Positions 54,001 through 64,000 of a DNA stretch of 64,000 bases are shown here, one piece after another. Each line of letters opens with the position of its first letter. The stretch's first letter is position 1. The notes under the pieces are model-generated. The model did no database searches and had not been told where the DNA came from. It saw only the letters and a list, made by a program, of their open reading frames with translations. The position numbers and the translations under genes are program-made. The stretch comes from Catajapyx aquilonaris (Eukaryota). The stretch covers positions 62,001 through 126,000 of the forward strand of contig KZ537991.1 in the NCBI GenBank assembly GCA_000934665.2, read 5' to 3'.

Positions 54001-57000
54001 AACTCGTTATGTCTAGAGTCGTATATGTTCTACGGGGGGACATAGACCCCATAACGTGAATGTTAGAGGTGCAGCGAAGCATATGTTTTTAAATCCGTTC
54101 CGGCCGGATGCAACCCAAACTTGCATTTTTAATGACTCGAGCACGTTATGTTTTCGTATACCATTTACAAGGCCCTCCCCGGAAAAAAAGACGGCCTGTG
54201 TCGAGCACAGAATACGAAATAAAATCCGGAAGTCGAATTAAGGTGAGTTAGTAGGTACCAGGGATGCAAGCAGGAAGAACCTGGAGAGAAAAAAAAGAGA
54301 GCGAAATGGAAACCGCAAACATTGACTTGGATCAGTCTGTCCTGAGGCAGTCATGCGAAGAAACGAGAGACAGAGACAGAAAGAAGAGAGAGAAAAAAAA
54401 TGCCTCGCATTTTTTTTCCAACTCGATGCACATTCCCCATTCCATTTTCTAAGCAGATCGAAAATTGATGAAGTATTCCAGGTAGCGTACACAATCTCCA
54501 TTCTGCAGTGATGGATTTCTTTTCTTCTTCCTTTACATATCTTCCCTTCCCCAAGTTTTGACTTGATAACAAGTTTCCGATCGTCTGAATTGGTGGATAT
54601 TGAATAGGCAACTGGCAAGGAGCAAAGTATACGAAAAGAAAGAGCGTAAAAAAAATCATGCAAATTAAGTCAAGTGGATGGGGGTGAGGGTAGGGGGGAG
54701 ATGAAGCCTATGGAAATGCGGACCATCAATGCAATTTATGAAATCTTCCCTCTTCGCATAATAGAAATCCCCACCGCCAGGAATATATGACTTAATAAGA
54801 ACTTCCGAAGACAGTTATGGGCTTCAAATTCACGCCTCGGGAGACCAATGCGCGATGCATCATCCGATTTCCATGCTTAAAGGCAACATTTTTTTCTGAG
54901 AGAAAAAAATAGACTATTTGAAGCCATGAATTAGTCTCGGTTATAGAGTAGGCTCATTCCAGTGGCAAGTTGCTCTGATCCAGCTTTGCAGCGTGGGTAC
55001 AAATAAGGGCTTGCCTAAGCCCCACGCTGCATTTTAAATGGGCGTTTTCGGCACTCTAACCCGTATTACCGCCCGTAAAGTTATATCTAACAGGTAAAAT
55101 GAGAGAGGCGTTGTAACAGAAAGAAGATTACGAAGGATTCCGCCGTGGTCTCCCTCCCCCTTAAGAGCCCAGATTAATAAACTGGGCACGAAATTGAGCC
55201 GGAGGAATGGGAGCGGTGATGCAAATTATTAAAAAGGAACGATTACACGCAGGTCGATATGGATTCGTTTTAGCCCTCAGCTCTCTCCAATCCATGATAA
55301 CAATTATGTCTGCCTGCTTTTGCGTGCCCGGGTTTCTATACACATCCAGAAATAGTCTTTTGCAACGTGCATGGTTCCGGATTTCGATGTCAGACGTAAA
55401 ATCCTGCTATATAGGGCTTGCAAATTGAAGGGAATGTGCACGCCAATATGCAGGTACGCTAATTGAATGAGAGCTGTGGATCGTTCCAAGATTTTAACAT
55501 AAAAAGGATTGCGGATCTGATATTTTACAAGTGTGCTGGTGGTATCAACGAAATTATTATCAAGCAATTTTTTTTTGTAATTCAACAGTGAATAACACGT
55601 GCACTTGCTTAACTCGATAGCTATCTTCTGTAGAACGCCCCCAGCTGCCCTAAGGATTACTCGTGTAAATGAGCCACTATTCAGCTGGGAGTTACATAGT
55701 AAGTACGGCCACATCTTATCAGCAGATAAAGCAATTTTACGAGCTCCTACGCACTGTTTTCTTAAGGTCTGCATTCATACTTTGTTCTGAATACTGCCCA
55801 AAGGATGCGTACATATTTAGTAACACAAACAGCACCACACTCTTGGTGATACACTGTGAAAGGCCCGATTCATAAATTGCAAGCTAGAACAACGAACCTT
55901 TTTTGCACCCTTGCTCGAAAAGTGCGAAACGGCAAAGTTTGCATCTCGTCATATACAAACCCTTTCGGCAGTTTGTGAAAAAAAACCATCGTGCTTCGAA
56001 GAGAGAGAAAAGTGGGGGGAGTTCTGCGAATCAAACTCAAAAGAGAGAAACTTTGTTCATGACACAGATAACCTCCTTTAACAAGCCCCCAGACGATCGG
56101 TTCATGCGAACCTCATTCCGGGATCCTTTTCCTCCACGTCCCTCCTCTCGTAAACTTTGCCAAAGTGGTGGAAATGACTTTTGTGATGGGGGGTAGGGAG
56201 AAGGAGGTTGAGTTCCCTCAAGTGTGCGGCACGTACGGACCGTAACGGACAAGAATCAGGTACGAGGAGTTAAAATTTCAACTGCCGGGCGTTTAGGCCC
56301 AGCCAGCGGAACTAACGCCTGATATTTCTCTCCATTTCTTACCCACACTATTTTCTTGGCAACGTGTCGTCCATAAAGTAAGTCATTGATTTTTTGGACC
56401 ATTTTTTTGGACATGTCACCTACTGTCACGCTATAACCAGCATGACTTACTGTGTGTACCATCAAAAATAAGACTTTACGTACCCCGCAACACCGGGCCA
56501 GCCTTATAACTCTCCCACCTACATCATTATGCAAGGGTAGGAGGATGGCCCAGGCCTCATCTTGCCTCCCTTAACTTAGATAATTATGGACCAATAAACA
56601 TGCAACTATCTGGAAAAGCCGCCGCCACATATTGTGCGCCGTTTCTCGCCTCCCCAAGCTTTGTGGTCTCCCCCTCCGCTGCTTTTATGAGGAAATATGG
56701 AGACTTAGGCCCTGCAGACATGAGCAACTTCACTGGAATGGATTTTGCGTGGACTGGGTTCACGAGAGAGAGAGAGAGAGAGGAAAATGGGCCAGAGAGA
56801 GAGAGCGACGCCTCCTTCTACAGGAAACAGAGCTTGTTCTACAATGTTACGATTCGATGGCTCTCTAACCTAAAGGGCAATATCATTGGGAACGACCGTG
56901 CCTGGCAGGGCCACTCGGTTACCCCAATTCCATACAGATGACACCACTATCCGCAACGGAATGAAATTAAGCAAGATCTTCAGCACATTTCGGCCCAACC

Positions 57001-60000
57001 ACACCCCTAAAAATGATTCTCGCATTAAGAGACCAGCATGAAGGAGGGGTGGGCCGATACCGCAAAAAAAAAAAATCGCACCAGGACTATTCAATGGAGG
57101 CCAATCCGTTATCGCAGAGTGGAAATAGGAAGCAGTAGCGAATGCCACTTTTCATCCTCCCCACTCCTCCTGCCTCCCCTTCTGGTTCCCGATGGTCATT
57201 TAGGTAATTGAAAAGCCCGCAAGAATTGATCGCTGGCAGCTGCAAGCCAAGACCTTTCCATTAGAAAAATCACAGGCTGCCTTACAAATTACCTATGGAT
57301 GCACGGGATCTAGTAGGAGGGCTTGTCTTTGACCTCAAGTTCTCCAGAAAATTTAATCCTCACGCCAATTCCACTTTTAGCCCCCCATTCCAGTTCTTCC
57401 TCCTTTTTCCAAATCAGGGGAAGAGGAAACTGTGGGGTTCTAAAAGTGCTGCTGGTTTTTGCTATACCTTGAAGGATTTGAAGGGGGGGATGCATGCTCT
57501 CACTCATTTCCGTCTTTCAGGAAACAAGGGAGAGAAATGAAGCAGGAATGGCGGAGGATGTAGAGAAGGTGAGAAGAAATTACGGTCTCAATCAGGACCG
57601 GATTTTGAGGTGCCCTCAAGCGGTTTCACTTCCTTCCCAAAAACCTTGCCACGTGCCGGAATTTCTTTTTCCGGGGGAGAATATTTCTTTCCATCTTCTT
57701 CTTTTTCTCTGGCAACCACTGCATAGCATGTCTCCAGCCTATTCGTCGTCTGTTCCCTTCAAGGAGAGCAATTATCTCGCAAGTGATTCCTCCGCAAACG
57801 GAACGGACCGATTTATGAGGTGGAGTTTGGGGGAGAGCCATTTAGCTGTTTCTAATCACTGCTTATGGACCATTATGACGGTAATGATGATGAAGGCACA
57901 TCGTACAAAATGTGCCAATAATTTAAAACCGAACTTACTTTTTTTTCCTTCGGATGCTAGATTCAGAAATGAGATCTGGAAAGTTTATATCGACAATTCC
58001 GCTGGCTTTCTACTTTGCAGACTAATACACTACATTATACTGCACCGGGTTTCCGAAAAAATATGTGGAAGCTTTGCAAGCTGAATTTGCACGTCTCAAG
58101 GATAAGGCTGAGTCCGCTTGTTAAAATCTACCCCCCTCCTTTTCGCCCTGCCGCCATGATAAATTTCGCAGGCACTTTCAGAACATAAACGGAACAATAA
58201 ACTGTCAACTTACTTTGCAAAAGGGTTCGAATTTGAATACGGGAATATTACATTTGCACCCCGAACTTGTTGAGATTTGCTATGCCGGCTCGGAATCCTC
58301 TAAACTGCTTCTTTATGCAGCTGTAAATTTTCCGGGGTGTAGCATATTTGTATGAAGAAAAGGAGTGGTGGGGGGGGGGGGAGCCTAGGCTTGGGGTAGA
58401 AAGTCGCTTCGTTTCTGCCGATTGTCTGCCCATTAGACTGGGAAACACTGGGGCTAATAACGGAGACAACGTGTCTGGAGAGCCGTGGGGCCTCCGAAGA
58501 AAATCGCTATTTGGCACCCGGAAAATTTGCATGCAGCAAGAGTCAAGGACCCTTTTCACAAGCCTGGGCGTTGATTTCCAGGCCGCCTTTTGACAAGGCC
58601 GTAATTGCCAAAGTCAAAACTGGACTACTTATTGCTCTCTAAATGTCACCCGGAATAACCGGGCTCGTCCTTTCCTCTTTCCTCGGTGGAAAATTCAAAT
58701 GCGGCCTGGGCCTCACCTTTTCTCATGCAATGGACTAATTAACCGGAGAACTTTGCCTAATGAAACGTGGGGAATACAGCGCCTGGCGTTGCCCAATTAT
58801 GCCACACAAAATAATGGCGGGGGGACCTGCTTTAGCGTCACATACACATTTCATGACCGGACTTGTCTGCCCCCGTGCCATTTTACTTAACAAGATTTGG
58901 CGGCATGCATAACTCGGTTGGGTTTTAGCGGCCGTGTCCAGCAGGGCTCCTGACAAGGCCCCGCGTCCCCCTAAATCATCTCCGCAAACTGCAGGCTCGA
59001 TCCAGAAGTCTTGGACTGTTGTATGCAAAACCAGGAGGTCCCCAACCGAAAAGCATTCTCTCTTTTCCTCCCTTTTGTGCCCGGGTCAAAACCAGATGCC
59101 GCTCCCCTGCCGATAGATGCGTTGATAAGTCAGCTGGCAAGAGCTCAATTAACCCGACACCGAGCCAGCTCCAGCATCTCCCTTCCAATTAGTGAAGTCG
59201 ACCATGGACCACCGGTTATGTATAGCCCCACGGACCACACAAAACGACCATATCTTGAGAATGTGATGATCCAGACCAGAAGAAGACAAAAAAATGTCCT
59301 TTAGAACCAAATTGATGGCATGTTCCGGAACCGGTTCGGGATTCCACATCTTTTAGCTCAAACTGGATCCACTTTTGCCTTTATTCCGGTTGGTCGCAAT
59401 TCCAGTTCGACGTTATTCCGCCAACTAGATATTTTCATCTAGGACCCTCTTTTTTCAGTCCCAAAAATTACCACTGCGGTTTCAACTCGGGTCAGTTTTT
59501 TTCTCTCTCTCTGGCAGCCTGGCGCTGGCCAAATGACAGTTGCATACTTTTCAGGATGAAGCGGTTTCAATTATAGCGGCCAGTCCGCCGTATTATCAGA
59601 CGGACTTCATCCGAGAGCATGAATAAATCATGCGGCCGTTACAATGGAGGGACGAACAATCTGGAAATGCGCCACAGAGTCGGTGACGACTGAATCGGAA
59701 CGCTTTATATCGTTAGGCCTAAACTAGCCCGCCGCCTATTTAAAACCATTGCTCGTGGGGGGGAAAAAAAACCGCGTGTGTGCTCTCCGAGTGCGTGGTT
59801 TTCCCAGAGAATGAGATATGCAGAAAAGGCATTTCCACAACGTGCTAATCTCTTCAGAAAGTCCAGCCGGCTACGTATATAACAAACGGGGCATACAGAG
59901 ATAACGCAATAGCCATGCAAAACATCCGGTTAAGCAAATTCATACAAAAAAGTAGGGTGGGTTCCACTGCATTATAATCTACGCGGCCAACAAAATGCTG

Positions 60001-61021
60001 CGCCAAACATTTGCCCGTGTGTGTGTGTGTTTTCCCAGTCTAAATAATTCGCCATTCTGCAAAAGCCTGGGACCGGTTGCAATTTCATTTTGTGATTTTG
60101 TGGTCCGGACTGTTCTCTCGGACAAAAGAGTCTGGAAATAGTCACAGTTTACTGGGAAGGTCCAACTATTGCGTATACCTGCCAGGATATAGTCAAGGCA
60201 CGTGGAGGTCGAACCTTGGGTCGAACCAGGGGGGGAGGTTAATGAGGGCCAACATGAGGAGGACTAATTGGGCGATGTTAGTCCTCCTGGGTCTCTCCCC
60301 CCCTTGAGCCTTCTTCCTTTTGCAACCCCCCACGTTGCGGGTGCCCACCGAACCTACACCTCCAAACAGCCTCCAGAAATCCGATGAATGTGCCGCGACA
60401 CGCACAGATGCTTGTTGCCAGACGCTCGCGACAGGGAAACTAATGGAACCTCCCACCCACCGACATCCCCACCAAACACTCTTCAACTTACCAAAAACCT
60501 CCGAGCCCTCCTCTACACAACTCATATTTCTTGGGGGAAGATGCCCCGCGGAGAAACGACTCATTAAAAATATGAAAAGGGCTGGCACTCCAATGGGGAA
60601 AAAGCGGGAGGGGGTTATACCTCTAAGGCCATTAATGGACGAGAGAGGAGTCGATAGTATCGGGAACGGTTTTGTGAAGGGAAAGACATTCCTCATTATA
60701 TGCGAACTCCCAAATAGGGTGTAATCAAAGCGAAACCGTCCCTAGTGGATTGACTCAATGGTTGGTACTTGGCTGAATTAGATGGCAATGATAACACAGG
60801 ACCATACCGCCAACAATGAACAAGGCAACCTGGAGCAAAGGATGACATAGACCTGAATTTTTGGATGGCGTGTTTACAAGTGGTTGAACCGACCCTTAAA
60901 ATTGAAAAGCAGATATTTTTCAGCTTCTGAGTGCATAATATGGCCGTCATCAAAATTGCAAACGGCCCGATAAGAACCTCGAGTCGAACAACAATAAGCG
61001 GTGATAGTATCGATAAACTGG

Positions 61022-61023
<2 letters not shown>

Positions 61024-61084
<61 letters not shown>
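61024..61084. repeat. (CT)30 microsatellite
   Basis: Uninterrupted CT run; explains the LSLSLS and RERERE ORFs here. Confidence 0.98.
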
Positions 61085-61085
<1 letters not shown>

Positions 61086-63000
61086 AGGGATATTGAGATT
61101 CGGAGGCCGAATTATGCCCAGGTTCAAGTTGCTTTCATCCGGAGAAGACCACACAGAACCACTTACACGATGTAAAAGATTATCCGGGGCGACGCCGTGG
61201 ATTTAAAATGCAGTAAGCCTGATTCCTCATAGCGCAGGGCCCTTGGGCTTACACTCAGAAAATAATAATGGCGATAAAGCAGGCCAGCACTGTACTTACG
61301 GGCTTTTCCGGAACATCTGAGCAGCGTGCGGTTTTATTACACGGCCCACAAACTTTTACTACGCTCCCTTTAATTAGTAGGCCTATTTTCGGTGAAGCAC
61401 CCAATCTTTTCATCCTCGCAGAAAAGCGCTGGAAAACGCCGTACTCTAAGATAATTGGTAGTTAGGAGCGCCGCAATAGATCATCAGCAGCTTGGTGGGA
61501 GAGCCCCCTCCAGTGCTTCTGTTTGCCATCATCCCAGCCCAGGGACAAGTCTTTTTTTCTCTCTAGCCCCCCTCTTGTTTTTACCTAGCTCTTTTTACAT
61601 TTACGGAAGGCGTCGACCAGATTACAGTACCCTGGAGATGAGTCGCCAGCTATATTACCTGGCGACCATCTACCTGCGCCATTTCAGCCAAGCACTTGGC
61701 CCAAACGCGCGCGCAAAAAAAAAAGTGCAGCCTTGCTTGAAAAACCCTGTGAAATTGCTTTAATAATATAATAATAATTAATCGGAACTTTCGTCCGGAT
61801 GTCCTATACAAAACCATATTTTCCATCAAGGTCTTGTGGTCCATCCCACGCTCTAGCAGTTGGCTCAACTACCTGTGTCGAAACGCCGGGCCACGCCACA
61901 TCCGGGGGCCGCCATTTTTCATATAGAAAGGCCGAGCGAGGGCATCATCGGTTAGGGCTGGCGAATATTTGTTTGATGAAGCATCACCCTCCCGGTGGCA
62001 ACATTGTGCTCATCACAGCTCGACACTATACCAACACTTCACCAGCTGGTGCTCCGTATCTATATAAAAAAAAACCTTACGCCCGGATGAGCACAGAAAA
62101 CGCCAGCTGTTGTTTAAGGGTCCTCGCAAATTATTTCCCCGCGACACACACACCAGATGTCAATTTACTTTTTGGAACACACTATATGAATGTCTTTTAA
62201 TGAGAATCCGGGGAGCCTGGTGGTGCTTCTGAATTTTTTTTGTGTGTTATTATTTATTATTTTTTGGAAGGAGGAAATTCCGCGTTCCAAGGCGTAGTCG
62301 AGTGCCGGGCAACCAATTTAGGAGCAGACGTCAATAGGGTCCAACGGAGCTGAAAATCCAGGCAGGCTCGGAGGGTTAAATAAAATGATCATTGTGAGGA
62401 TCCAGGGTTCCCTCTCTCATATTGCACGCTCGGAAACACACCCGCGATTACGAACTCCTAATGAAAACAAGGCTATTTCGGCCTGGAGAGAACGCTGCTG
62501 GGGGACAGGATTGTCCTGTGTATTTTTCTCCCTCTTTGTTAATCGAAATAAATTAGACGGATTATTACCTGGGATGATATTAAATATTTTGGGATGCTGG
62601 AAGTCTTTTATCATCACACAGGAGTCGGGTTTGAAATTAATTCCCGGGGCGATAATGGACACGGCCGCCATGCAAATCAACAGTTCTGGTAATTGAGACC
62701 GAGACGGGGAGTTGTCAGAACCCGGACTTATTTGACGACCGGTAGCCGCCGCCTCTGGTACTCGGGGCACGAACAGCGGTAAAATTCCTCATGGGGAATT
62801 CCCCCGCATGGCATCAAAAAAGTTTCAGAAACGCTTCCCAATTCACTGTTTTCCACGGATATCACACTGAATATTAACGCCAGAGGATCATAAACCACTG
62901 GAATTTACACCCGGTGAACATATAGCCGTCTCTATGCTCTTTCTACTGGTGATTTCTATTCTTTCAGTACTGGTATATTTCAGTTATTACCGTATATTTA

Positions 63001-63084
63001 CAGTGAAACCTCGATTTATCGTTTTGGCGGGATCTTACGAAAACAGCGATGGAAACGGGAAACCAACAAATCGAAGTTTCACTG
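63001..63084. mobile_element. Tiny pogo/Tigger-like MITE remnant, 84 bp
   Basis: TA|CAGTGAAACCTCGATTT...AAATCGAAGTTTCACTG|AA. The 17-bp TIR has 1 mismatch; the right flank is AA rather than TA. Confidence 0.6.
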
Positions 63085-63105
63085 AATTCTTATTTTTTAC
63101 TCCAT

Positions 63106-63156
63106 AATGAGGAATATTATTGCTCAAGGTATTACTTATTAATAATATTCCTCATT
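63106..63156. repeat. 16-bp perfect inverted repeat
   Basis: AATGAGGAATATTATT (63106-63121) pairs with AATAATATTCCTCATT (63141-63156); adjacent to the 63001 MITE. Confidence 0.8.
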
Positions 63157-64000
63157 GCACAGCGCACTGGAAAAAAATATTTTTAAATGGAAAATCGACA
63201 GGAAAATGCATGTAAACAATGGTTAATTTATATTGTGTGTCGTGAAATTTTTATTGCATCATTTCCAGGAAGATCCGTGGAATTAAATCATAAAGGCGCG
63301 AAATTAATTCCCGAGCTATATCCTCGCGTTCTGTTAATTCTACCTGTTTTCTTGTTGAAACAACTTTCCCCCCTCCATCCATTCCCTACACCCCCCTCCA
63401 ACCAGCCCCTCAATTTTGGGAAAAGGGGCTTTTTCGAGCAAACAAAAGGAAATCGATCCAGCGTGGCCTTGTCCCGGGGTCTGTTCATTGTCACTGAGAA
63501 GACCACGAGAGGCTGCGGCTGCTCCCAGTTTGCTTTTCCTTTCCCCACAAAAATTACACTAAATTCTCTTCCACCAAAAACGGAAAGAATCGGGTCCTAA
63601 ACAAATATTGCTGACGAAAAAAAAGGGGCGGACTCATAACACTTCTGAAAATTACGGGTTTATTTATTTATTTTATCCAGCTCAGCGCTGAACCATATAT
63701 TTATGAAAGGCCTTGTTTACTTCCAGCCCTCAAAAGCCGAACTACGAGCAAATGTTTTGTCAGCTGTGACATTGTTTTGCACTATTTCGCTGCAATAGTT
63801 AATTAACAATTATTCGGAGCATTCAAGTGGCGTGTCAGCAGCGCTGAGTGTAATTTATTACTAAAATTGGACCGTCCCCGTTTTGTTGCATATATTTAAT
63901 TGTTGCTTTTAATACGAGAGGCAAGTAACTGGATTTCGAGTTATTTCACCAACAATGTGGAGACCATTTCATTGGATTAAACCGGCCGTTGTATACCGTG

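Noticed and set aside
57494..58084. Longest ORF (196 aa)
   Set aside because: Non-ATG start, no recognisable domain, and composition like the surrounding non-coding DNA.
60696..61206. RE-repeat and LS-repeat proteins
   Set aside because: They are translations of the (CT)n microsatellite.
901..63600. The supplied six-frame ORFs (60-196 aa) as genes
   Set aside because: All are short, overlap on both strands, are rich in homopolymer-derived F/K/P/G runs, and show no recognisable domain. This fits chance ORFs in non-coding DNA.

Overview
Eukaryotic, most likely invertebrate-animal, non-coding DNA (a gene desert or one very large intron), with GC roughly in the mid-40s% by eye. None of the supplied ORFs resembles a protein family I recognise, and I found no rRNA, tRNA, CRISPR array or operon. 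The clearest feature is a 1.2-kb fold-back DNA transposon (49643-50854) with ~515-bp inverted arms, CAAGGGAAGG termini and a TCA duplication at a CTNAG site, i.e. Tc4/Tc5-like. It sits inside a 54-bp minisatellite whose units carry CCAAT and NRF1-like motifs. There are also several TA-flanked Tc1/mariner-type MITEs, one of them nested in a Helitron-like 5' end. Other structure includes short palindromes and hairpins, a 19-bp tandem repeat with inverted ends, a diverged direct repeat, microsatellites and G-tracts. CTCF-like (AGATGGCG) and YY1-like motifs recur, including a duplicated same-orientation cluster at 1.7-2.0 kb just upstream of a possible short first exon. Nothing here establishes a new biological system; the regulatory and exon calls are hypotheses.
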